Origin: the human T2T-CHM13v2.0 reference genome, Homo sapiens
Reading direction: 5' to 3' (one strand)
NCBI RefSeq assembly: GCF_009914755.1
Contig: NC_060938.1
DNA: 64,000 bases
Under the pieces are notes generated by a model. It saw only the letters and a list, made by a program, of their open reading frames with translations, did not search any database and was not told the origin of the DNA. Each line of letters starts with the position of its first letter. Within the stretch, counting starts at the first letter, position 1. Of the stretch, positions 27,601 through 39,724 are shown one piece after another. The position numbers and the translations under genes were made by a program.

Positions 27601-30600
27601 ATACTTTTTATGTGAATACATTTCCTTTTTAACCATAGGCCTCAAAGCACTCATAAATATCCCTTTGCAGATTCTACAAAAAGACTGTTTCCAAACTGTT
27701 CAATCAAAAGAATGGTTGAACTCTATGAGATGAATGTACACATCACAAAGAAGTTTCTCGGAAAGTTTCTGTCTAGTTTTTATGTGAAGATATTTCCTAT
27801 TTCATCATAGGCCTCATACCACTCAAAAATATGCCCTTACAGATTCTACAAAAATACTGTTTCCAAATTGCTCAATACAAAGAAAGTTTCAAATCTGTGA
27901 GATGAATGCACACATCACAAGGAGGTTTCTCAGAAAGCTTCTCTCTAGTTTTCATGTGAAAATATTTCGTTTTCACCATAGGCTTCAAAGCATCACAAAT
28001 ATCCATTTGCAGATTCTACCAAAACACTGTTTACAAACTGCCCAATCAAAAGAATGTTTCAACTCTGTGAGATGAATTCTCATATCTCCAAGATGTTTCA
28101 CAGAAAGCTTCCGTCTAGTTTTTATGTGAAGATAATTCCTTTTTAACCATAGGCTTCAAAGTGCTGACAAGTATCTCTTTGCAGATTTTACAAGAACAGA
28201 ATTTCCAATCTGTTCAATGAAAAGAAATGGTTACCTCTGTGAGATGAAAGCACACATCACAAGGCAGTTTCTCAGAATTATTCTGTCTAGTTTTTATGTA
28301 AAAAAATTCATTTTCCAACTTAGGACACAAAACACTAACTAATAACCCTTTGGAAATTCTACCAAAAACTGCTTCCAAAATGCTCATCAAAAGAAAGGTT
28401 CATCTCTGTGGGATAAATGCAAATATCAAAAAGATGATTCTCAGAAAGCATCTATCTTGTTTTTATGTCAAAGTGTTTCCTTTTTCACCATGGGCCTTAA
28501 AGTGCTCAAAAATATCCCTTTGCAGATCCTAAAAAAGACTGTTTCCAAACCACTGAGTCAAAGGAATGGTTCAACTCTGTGAGATGAATGCACACATCAT
28601 AAAGAAGTTTCTCACAAACCTTCTTTATAGTTTTTATGTGAAGATATTTCCTTTTAACCATAGACCTCAAAGTGCTCACAAATATCCCTTTGCAGATTCT
28701 ACAAAAAGGTGGTTTCCCAACTGCTCCATCAAAAGAATTGTTGAACTCTGTGAGATGAATGCATACATCACAAAGCAGTTTCTCAGAAATCTTTAGTCTA
28801 GTTTTTATGTGAAGATACTTTCTGTTTCACCATAGGCCTCAAAGTGATCAGAAATATCCCTTTACCGATTCCACAAAAAGACGTTTCTAAACTGATTAAT
28901 CAAAGGAAAGTTACAATTCTGTGAGATGAATGCGCACATCACCAAGCAGTTTCTCAGTAGAATTCTGTCTAGTTTTTATGTGAAGACAATATCTTTTTCA
29001 CAATAGGGCTCTAGGCACTCAAACATGTCCCTTAGCAGATCCTACAAGAACAGAGTTTCCCAACTGATCAAAGAAAATAATTGTTTACCTCTGTGAAATG
29101 AATGCAGACATCAAAAAACAGTTTCTCAGAAACCTACTTTATAGTTTTCTGTGAAGATACTTCTTTTCCTGCATAGGCCTCAAAGTGCTCACATATATCC
29201 GTTTGCAGATTCTTCAAAAAGACTGTTTCCAAAGGGCTAAATTAAAAGAGACGTTCAAATCTGTGAGATGAATACACATATCACAAAGAAGTATCTCAGA
29301 AACTTTCTTTATACTTTGAATGTGAAGATATTTCCTTTGTCACAATAGGTCTGTGAGATGAATGCACACATTACAAGGTTGTTTTTAGAAAACCTGCTTT
29401 ATAGTTCTTATGTGAAGATATGTCCTTTTCCACCATAGGATTCACAGCGCTCCAAATATCCAATGGCAGACTCTACAAAAAGAGTGTTTCCAAACTGCTC
29501 AACAAAAAGTAAGTTCAACTCTGTGAGATGAATGCACACAACACAAAGAAGTTTCTCAGCATGCTTCTCTCTAGTTTTCATGTGCAGATATTTCCTTTTC
29601 CACCATAGGCGTCAAAGCACTCTAAATATCCACTTGCAGATTCTACAAAAAGAGTGTTTCAAAACTTCACAATCAAAAGAAAGTTTCAACTCTGCGAGCT
29701 GAAAGCACACATCACAAAGAAGTTTCTCAAAATGATTCCCTGTAGTTTTTATATGAAGATATTTCCTTTTCCACAAGAGGCTGCAAAGCGATCCAAATAT
29801 CCAATTGCAGATTCTACAAAAAGTGTGTTTCAAAACTGCCCAATCAGAATAAAGGTTGAACTCTGTGAGTTGAATACACACATCACAAAGAACTTTCTCA
29901 GAATGCTTCTGGCTAGTTTTTAAGGGAAGATATATTATTTTCCACTGTATGCCTCAAAGAGATCCAAATATCCACTTGCAGATTCTACAAAGAGTGTTTC
30001 AAAACTGCTCAATGAAAAGAATGGTTCAACTCTGTGAGATGAATGCACACATCACAAAGAAGTTTTTCCAAATGCTTCTGTCTAGTTTTTATGTGCAGAT
30101 ATTTCCTTTTCCACTTTAGGCCTCAAAGCTGTCCAAATACAAATTTGAAGATGGTACGAAAAGAATGTATCCAAACTGCTCAATAAAAAGACATGTTCAA
30201 CTTGGTGAGTTGAATGCACACATCACAAAAAAGTTTCTCAGAATGCTTCTGTCTAGTTTTTATGTGAAGATATTTCTTTTTCCACCATAGGCCTCAAAGC
30301 GCTCTAAATATCCAACTGCTGATTCTACAAAAAGAGTGTTTCAAAACTGCTCAATCAAAAGAAATGTTCAACTCTGTGAGTTGAATGTACACATCACAAA
30401 GAAGTATCTTAGAATGATTCTGTCTAGTTCTTATGTGAAGATATTTCCTTTTCTATCATGGCCTCAAAGTGATCCACATATCCACTTGCAGACCCTACAA
30501 AAAGAGTGTTTCAAAACTGCTCAATCAAAAGAAAGGTTCAACTCTGTGAGATGAAAGCACGCATCATGAAGAAATTTCTCAGAATGCTTCTGTCTAGATT

Positions 30601-33600
30601 TTATGTGAAGATATTTCCTTTTCCACCAGAGGCCATACAGTGCTCCAAATATTCACTTGCAGATTCTACAGAAAGAGTGTTTCAGAACTGTTCAATCAAA
30701 GAAAGTTTCAACTCTGTGAGTTGAACGCACACAGCACAAAGAACTTTGTCAGAATGCTTCTCTGTAGTTTTTATGTGAAGATGTTTGCTTTTCCACCATA
30801 AGCATCAGAGTGCTCCAAATATCCACTAGCACACTCTATAAAAACAGTGTTTCAAAACTGCTCAATCAAAAGAAAGTTTCAGCTCAGTGAGATGAAGGTA
30901 CACATCACAAAGAAGTTTCTCAGTATGCTTCTGTCTAGTCTTTATTTGAAGACATTTCCTTTTCCACAATAGGCCCCAAAGGGCTCCAAATATCCACTTG
31001 CAGATTCTACACAAAGAGTGTTTCAAAACTGTTCAGTCAAAAGAATGGATCAAGACAGTGATATGAATGCACACACCACAAAGATGTTTTTCAGAATGCT
31101 TCTCTTTAGTTTTTAGGTGAAGATATTTCCTTTTACACCATAGACCTCAAACCACTCCAGGTATCCCTTTGCAGATACTACAAAAAGAGTGTTTCAAAAC
31201 TGCTCAATCTAAAGAAAGATTCAACTCTGTGAGATGAATGCACACATGAAGAAGAAGTTTCTCAGAATGCTTCTGACAAATATGTATGTGAAGATATTTC
31301 CTTTACCACTATAGAACGCAAAGTGCTCCAAATATCCACTTGCAGATTATACAAAAAGAGTGTTTCAAAACTTCTCAATCAAAAGAAAGCTTCAACTCTG
31401 AGAGATGAATGCACACATCACAAAGAAATGTCTCAGAATGCTTCTGTCTAGTTTTTATGTGAAGATATTGCCTTTTCCACTTAAGGTCACATAGCACTCC
31501 AAATATCCAATTGCAGGTTCTACAAAAGGAGTCCTTCTAAACTGCTCTATCAAAAGAAGGGTTCCATTCTGTGAGGTGAATGCACACGTCACAAAGAAGT
31601 TTCTCAGAATGCTTCTGTCTACTCTTTATGTGAAGATATTTCCTTTTCCAGTATAGGCCTCAAAGCGCTCCAAATATCCACTGGCAGATTTTACAAAAAG
31701 AGTGTTTCAAAACTGCTCAATCAAAAGAAAGGTTGAACACTGTGAATTGAATGCACACATCACAAAGAAGTTTCTCAGAATGCTTCTCTGTAGTTTTTAT
31801 GTGAAGATATTTCCTTTTCCACCATAGGCCTCAAAGCGCTCCCAATATCCATTTGCAGATTCTACAAAAAGAGACATTCAAAACTGCTCTATCAAAACAA
31901 TGGTTTAACTCTGTGAGATGAATGCACACAAAACAAAGTAGCTAAGAATGCTTCTCTTTAGTTTTTATGTGAAGATATTTCCTTTTCCACCATAGGCCAC
32001 AAAGTGCTCCTAATATCCACTTGCAGATTCTACAAAAAGAGTATTTCAAAACTACTCAATCAAAAGAATGGTTCAACTCTGTGAGATGAATGCACATATC
32101 ACAAAGAAGTATCACAGAACGCTTCTGTCTAATTTTATTGTGAAAATATTTCATTTTCCACCATAGGCCTCAAAGCACTATGATTATCCACTTGCAGACT
32201 GTACAAAAAGAGCGTTTCAAAACTGGTCAATAAAAAGAAAATTTCAACTCTGTGAGATGAATGCACATATCACAAAGATGTTTCTCAGAATGCTTCTGTC
32301 TAGTTTTTATGTGAAGATATTTCTTTTTCCCCTGTAGGTCACAAAGACCTCCAAATATCCACTTGCAGATTCTACAAAAAGAGTGTTTGAAAACTTCACA
32401 ATCAAAAGAAAGTTTCAACTCTGTGAGATGAATGCACACATCACAAAGAAGTTTCTCAGATTGCTTCTGTCTAGTTTATGTGAAGATATTTCCTTTTCCA
32501 ACAGAGGCTGCAAAGCACTCGAAATATCCACTTGCAGATTCTAAAAAAAGTGTGTTTCAAAACTGCTCAATCAAAAGAAAGACTCAACTCTGTGAGTTGA
32601 ACACACACAACACAAAGAACTTTGTCAGAATGCTTCGCTGTAGTTTTTATGTGAAGATATTTCCTTTCCAACCATAAGCCTCAAAGTGCTCCAAATATCC
32701 ACTTGCACACTCTACAAAAAGAGTGGTTGAAAACTGCTCAATCAAAAGAAAGGTTGAACTCTGTGAGATGAATGCACACATCACAAAGAAGTTTCTCAGA
32801 ATGCTTCTCCGTAGTTTTTATGTGAAAATATATCCTTTTCCTCATTAGGCCACAAAGCACTCCAAATATCCACTTGCAGATCCTAAAAAAAAGTGTGTTT
32901 CAAAACTACTCAATCAAAAGAAAGGTTCAACTCTGTGTGTTGAATGCACACATCACAAACCAATTTCTCAGAATGCTTCTGTGTAGTTTTCACGTGAAAA
33001 TATTTACTTTTCTACCATAAGCCTCAAAACGCTCCAAGTATCCAATTGGAGATTCTACAAAAAGAGTGTTTCAAAACTGCTCAATCAAAAGAAAGCTTCA
33101 ACTCTGTGAGATGAATGCACACATGACAAAGAAGTTTCTCAGAATGCTGTTGTCTAGTTTTTATGTGAAGATATTGCCTTTTCCACTTAAGACCACATAG
33201 CGCTCCAAACATCCACTTGCAGATTCTGCAAAAGGAGTCTTTCAAAACTGCTCAATCTAAAGAAGGACTGCACTCTTTGAGTTAAATGCACACATCACAA
33301 AGAAGTTTCTCAGAATGCTTCTGTGTACTATTTATGTGAAGATATTTCCTTTTCCACTGTAGGCCTCAAAGCGCTCCAAAAATCCACTGTCAGATTTTAC
33401 AAAAAGAGTGTTTCAAAACTGCTGAATCAAAAGAAAGGTTGAACTCTGTGGGTTGAATGCACACATCACAAAGTAGTTTCTCAGAATGCTTCTGTCTAAT
33501 TTTTATGTGAAAATATTCCGTTTTCCACCATAGGCCTCAATGTGCTCCAAATATCCACTTGCAGATTCAACAAAAAATGTGTTTCCAAACTGCTCAACCA

Positions 33601-36600
33601 AAAGAATGGTTCAACTCTGTGAGATGAAACCACATATCATAAGGAAGTTTCTCAGAAATTTTCTGTCTAGTTTTTATGTGAGAATATTTCCTATTTCATC
33701 CATAGGCGTCAATGGGCTGAGAAATATCCCTTCACAGATTCTACGAAAGGACTGTTTCCAAACTGCTGAATCGAAAGAAATGTTCAACTCTTTGTGATGA
33801 ATGTGCACATCACAAAGAAGTTTCTCAGAATGATTCTGTCTAGTTTTTATGTGAAGATATTTCGTTTTCCACTATAGGCCACAAAGGACTCCAAATATCC
33901 ACTTGCAGATTCCCCATAAAGAGTGTTTCCAAACTGCTCAATCAAAGGAAAGTTACAACTCTGTGAGATGAAAGAACACATCATAAAGAAGTTTCTCAGA
34001 AAGCTTCTGTCTAGTTTTTATGTGAAGATATTTTCTGTTTCACCACAGTCCAGAAGGTGCTCAAAAATAGTGCTTTGCAGATTCTACACAAAGACTGTTT
34101 CCAAACTTCTGAACCAAAAGAAAGGTTCAGCTCTGTGAGATGAAAGCACATATCTCAAAGAAGTTTCTCAGAAACCTTCTGTCTGGTTTTTATGAGAAGT
34201 TATTTCCTATTTCACCATAGGCCTCAATGGACTGAGAAATATCCCTTTGCAGATTCTGCAAAAGGACTATTTCCAAACTGCTCAATCCAAAGAAAGTTTC
34301 ACCTCTTTGAGTTGAATGAATACATCACAAAGAAGTTTCTCAGAATGCTTCTGCCTAGTTTTTATGTGAAGATATTTCCTTTTTCACCACAGGCCTTAAA
34401 CTGCTCTCAGATATCCCTCCGCAGATACTACAAAAAGACTGTTTCCAAACTGCTCAATCAAAAGAAAGTTTCAAATCTGTGACATGAAAGCACACATCAC
34501 TAAGAAGTTTATCAGAAAGCTTCTGTCTAGTTTTTATGTGAAGATATGTCCTTTTTCACCATAGGCGTCAATGGGAACAGAAATATCCCTTTGCAGATCC
34601 TACAAAAATACTGTTTCCTAACTGCTCAACCAAAAGAATGGTTCAACTCTGTGAGATGAAACCACATATCACAAAGAAGTTTCTCAGAAATCCTCTGTCT
34701 TGTTTTTATGTGAAGATATTTCCTATTTCATCCATAGGCCTCAATGGGCTCAGAAATATCCCTTCACAGATTCTACAAAACGACAGTTTCCAAACTGCTC
34801 AGTCCAAAGACAGGTTCAAGTCTTTGAGATGAATGCAAACAATACAAAGAAGTTTCTTAGAATGCTTCTACCTAGTTTTTATGTGAAGATATTTCCTTTT
34901 TCACCACAGGCCTTAAACTGCTTTCACACATCCCTCTGCAGATACTACAAAAAGACTGTTTCCAGACTGCTCCATCAAAAGAAAAATTCAAATCTGTGAG
35001 ATGAATAGATACATCACAAAAAATTTTCTCAGAATACTTCTGTCTACATTTTATCTGAAGATATTTCTTTTTCACGATAGGCCTCCAACTTCGCAGAAAT
35101 TTTGTTTGCAGACTGTACAAAAAGACTGTTTCCAAACTGCTCAATGAAAAGAAAGTTTCACCTCTGTGAGATGTATGAACTCATAAAAAAGAAGTTTCTC
35201 AGAAAGCTTCTGTTTAGATTTCATGTGAAGATATGTCCTTTTTCACCATAGGCGTCAAAGCGCTCAAAATATCCTTTGCAGATTCTACAAAAACACTGTT
35301 TCCAAACTGCTCAATCAAAAGAAAGTTCAAACCTGTGAGATGAAAGCACACATCACTAAGAAGTTTCTCAGAATGCTTCTGTCTAGTTTTTAAGTGAAGA
35401 TATTTCTTCTTTCACCATAGGTCTCAATGGACCCAGAACTATCCCTTTGCAGATCCTACAAAAGGACTGTTTACAAACTGCTCAATCAAAACAAAGTTTC
35501 AACTCTATCAGTTGAATGCACACATCACAAAGAAGTTTCTCAGAATCTTCTGACTAGGTTTTATATGAAGATATTTCCTTTCTCACAAAAGTCCTCAAAA
35601 TGCTCACAAATATCTCTCTGCAGATACTATAAAAGACTGTTTCCAAACTGCTCAATCAAAAGAAAGGTTCAACTCTGTGAGATGAATGCACACATCACAA
35701 AAATGTTTCCAGAATGCTTCTGTCTGGTTGTTATGTGAAGATATTTCCTTTTTCACCACAGGCCTCAAAGCGCTCCAAATATCCATTTGCAGATCCTACA
35801 AAAAGAGAGTTTCGAAACTGCTCAATCAAAAGAAAGTTTCATCTCTGTGAGATGAAAACACACATCCCAAAGAAGTTTCTCAGAAAGCTTCTGTTTATTT
35901 TTTATGTGAAGATATTTCCTAATTCACCATAGGCCTAAATCGGCTAAGAAGTATCCCTTTGCAGATTGTAGAAAAATACTGTTTCCAAACTGCTGAATCA
36001 AAAGAAAAGTTGAACTGTGTGAGAAGAATGCACACATCACAAAGAAGATTCTCAGAATGCCTCTGTATAGTTTTTATGTGAAGATATTTGCCTTTCCACC
36101 ATAGGCTGCAATGGTCACCAAATATCCACTTGCAGATATTACAAAAATAGTGTTTCAAAACTGCCCAATCTAAAGAAAGGTTCAACTCTGTACGTTGAAT
36201 GTACACATCACAAAGAAGTTTCTCAGAATGCTTCTGTCTACCTTTTATCCAAAGTTATTTCCTTTTCCACTATACTCGGCAAAGCCCTCCGAATATCCAC
36301 TTGCAGATTCTACAAAAGAAGTGTTTCAAAATTGCACAATCAAAAGAAAGATTCAACTCTGGGAGTTGTATGCACACATCAGAAAGAAGTTTCTCAGAAT
36401 GCTTTTGTGTAGTTTTTATGTGAAGATATTTCCTTTTCCACCATAGGCCCTAAAGCTCTCCAAATATCCACTTGCAGATTATACAAAAAGAGGGATTCAA
36501 AACTGCTCAATCAAAAGAAAGGTTCAACTCTGTGAGCTGAAGGCTCACATAACAATGCCGTTTCTCAGAATGCTTCTCCGTAGTTTTTATATGAAGATAT

Positions 36601-39200
36601 TTCCATTTCCACAATTCTCTCCAAAGCGCTCCAAATATCCACTTGCAGATTCTATAAAAAGAGTGTTTCAAAACTGCTCAATGAAAAGAAAGTTTCAACT
36701 CTGTGAAATGAATGGACACATCACAAAGACGTTTCTCAGAATGCTTCTGTCTAGTGTTTATGTGAAGATATTTCCTTTTCCACCACACTTCTCAAAGCGA
36801 TCTAAATATGCACTTGCAGATTCTACGAAGAGTGTTTCAAAACTGCTGAATCAAAAGAATGGTTCAAATCTGTGAGATGAATGAACACATCACAGAGAAG
36901 TTTCTCAAAATGCTTCTGTCTAGTTTTTATGAGAAGATAATACTTTTCCACCATTGGCCCCAAAGGGCTCCAAATAACAACTGCAGATCCTTCAAAAAGT
37001 GTATAAAAAATGCTAAATCAATAGAAAGTTTCAACTCTGTGAGATGTATGCACACATCACAAAGAAGTTTCTCAGAATGCTTCTCTCTAGTTTTTATGTG
37101 AGGATATTTCCTTCTCCACCATAGGACTCAAAGCACTCCAAATAACCACTGGCAGATTCTAGAAAAAGAGCGTTTCAAAACTGCTCAATCAAAAGAAATT
37201 TTCAAATTTGTGAGATGAATGTGCACATCACAAAGAAGTTTCTCAGAGTAATTCTGTCTAGTTTTTATGTGAAGATTTTTCATTTTCCACGATACTCATC
37301 AAAGCGTTCCAAATATCCACTTGCACATTCTACAAGGAGATTGTTTCAAAACTGCTCAATAAAAAGAATGGTTCAACTATGTGAGATGAATGCAAGCATC
37401 ACAAAGAGGTATTTCAGAATGCTTCTGTGTAGTTTTTATGTGAAGATGTTTCCTTTACCACCATAGGACCCAAAGCCCTCCAAATATCCACTTACAGATT
37501 CTCCAAAAAGTATTTCAAAAGTGCTCAATCAAAAGAAAGGTTGAACTCTTTGAGATGAATGCACACATCACAAAGATGTTTTTCAGAATGCTTCTGTCTA
37601 GTTTTTATGTGAATATACATCCTTTTCCACTATAGGCCACAAAGTGCTCCAAACACCCACTTGTAGATTCTACAAAAAGAGTGTGTCAAAAGTCCTCAAT
37701 AAAAAAAGTTACAACTCTGTGAGGTGAATGCACACGTCACAAAGAAGATTCTCAGAATGCTTCTGTCTAGTTTTTATGTGAAGATATTTGCTTTTCCACC
37801 ATTGGATGCAAATTGCACCAAATATACACTTGCAGATTTTACAAAAATAGTGTTTCAAAACTGCTCAATCAAAAGAAAGGTTCAATTCTGTGAGTTGAAT
37901 GCACACATCAGAAAGAAATTTCTCAGAATGCTTCTGTGTAGCTTTTATGCAAAGTTATTTCCTTTTCCACTATACTCTGTGAAGCCCTCCGAATATCTAC
38001 TTGCAGATTCTACAAAAAGAGTGTTTCAAAACTGCACAATCAAAAGAAATGTTCAACACTGTGAATTGTATGCACACATCACATAGAAGTTTCTCAGAGT
38101 GCTTTTGTATAGTTTTAATGTGAAGATATTTCCTTTTTACCATAGGCACCAAAACACTCCAAATATCCACTTGCAGATTCTACAAAAAGAGGGATTCAAA
38201 ACTGCTCAATCAAAAGAAAGGTTCAACTCTGTGAGTTGAATGCACACATCACAAAGACGTTTCTCAGAATGCTTCTCCATAGTTTTTATATGAAGATATT
38301 TCCATTTCCACCATTCTCTCCAAAGCGTTCCAAATATTCACTTGCAGATTCTACAAAAAGAGTGTTTCAAAACTGCTCAATCGAATTAAAGGTTCGTCTC
38401 TTTGAGACGAATGCACATATCACAAAGAAGTTTCTCAGAAAGCTTCTGTGTAGTTTTTATGTGAAGGTATTTCCTTTTACACCATAGGCCACAAAGTGCT
38501 CCAAATATTCACTTGCAGATTCTACATAAAGTTTCAAAACTCTTCTATCAAAAGATAGGTACAACTCTGAGTTCAATGCACACATCTCAAAGAAGTTTCT
38601 CAGAATGCTTCTCTGTAGTTTTTATGTGAAGACATTTCCATTTCTACAATAGGCCTCAAAGCACTCCAAGTATCCACTTGTAGATTTTACTAAAAGAGTG
38701 TTTCCAAACTGCTCAATGAAATTTACAAGTCTGTGAGATGAATGCACAAATCACAAAGAAGTTTCTCAGAATGCTTCTGTGTAGTTTTTATGTGAAGACA
38801 TTTCCTATTCCACAATAGGTCTCTAAGCACTAAAAATATCCACTTGCAGATTCTACAAATAGTGGGTTTCAAAACTGCTCAATCAAAAGAAATGTTCACC
38901 ACAGTGTGTTGAACGACCATGTCACAAAGAAGTTTCTCAGAATGCTTCTGTGTAGCTTTATGTGAAGATATTTCCTTTTCCACAATAGGCCTCAAAGCAC
39001 TCCAAATATCCACTTGCAGCTTCTACAAAAAGAGTTTTTCAAAACTGCTCTATCAAAGCAAAGGTTCAACTCTGTTAGATGAATGCACACATCACAAAGA
39101 AGTTTCTCAGAATGCTTCTGTATAGTTTTTGTGTGAAGATGTTTCCTTTTCCACCGTAGGCTGCAAAGGGCTCCAAATATCCACTTGCAGATTCTACAAA
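24614..39200 (-). repeat. Monomeric alpha satellite, reverse orientation, several monomer-type layers
   Basis: AACTGCTCAATCAAAAGAAAGGTTCAACTCTGTGAGATGAATGCACACATCACAAAGAAGTTTCTCAGA units; AAATATCCCTTTGC type to ~29400 and ~33700-36000, AAATATCCACTTGC type elsewhere. Confidence 0.97.
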
Positions 39201-39724
39201 ATTATAAATCATGCTGCTATAAAGACACATGCAGACATATATTTATTGCGGCACTATTCACAGTAGCAAAGACTTGGAAGCAATCCAAATGTCCAACAGT
39301 GGTAGACTGGATTAAGAAAATGTTTCACATATACACCATGGAATACTATGCAGCCATGAAAACTGATCAGTTCATGTCCTTTGTAGGAACATGGATGAAA
39401 TTGGAAATCATCATTCTTAGTAAACTATCGCAAGGACAAAAAAACAAAAACCCCATTTTCTCACTCATAGGTGGGAATTGAACAATGAGAAAACATGGAC
39501 ACAGCAAGGGGAATATCACACTCTGGGGACTGTTGTGTTGTGGGCAGAAGGTGCAGGAATAGCATTAGGAGATATACTTAATGCTAAATGATGAATTAAT
39601 GGGTGCAGCACACCAGCATGGCCCATGTATACATATGTAACTAACCTACATATTGTGCCCATGTACTCTAAAACTTAAAGTATAATAAACAAAACAAAAA
39701 ACTGGAGAAAAAATAAAAAAAAAT
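39201..39724 (+). mobile_element. 5'-truncated L1PA (L1PA3-like) 3' end
   Basis: ORF 39185-39481 reads [14 protein letters not shown]...FSLIGGN (ORF2 C-terminus), then 3' UTR and an interrupted A-tail; inserted in the A-run of GATTCTACAAAAAGAG; TSD at most a few A. Confidence 0.94.

Noticed and set aside
39700-39710. CTGGAG within the L1 tail as a 3' transduction
   Set aside because: Too short to distinguish from tail decay.
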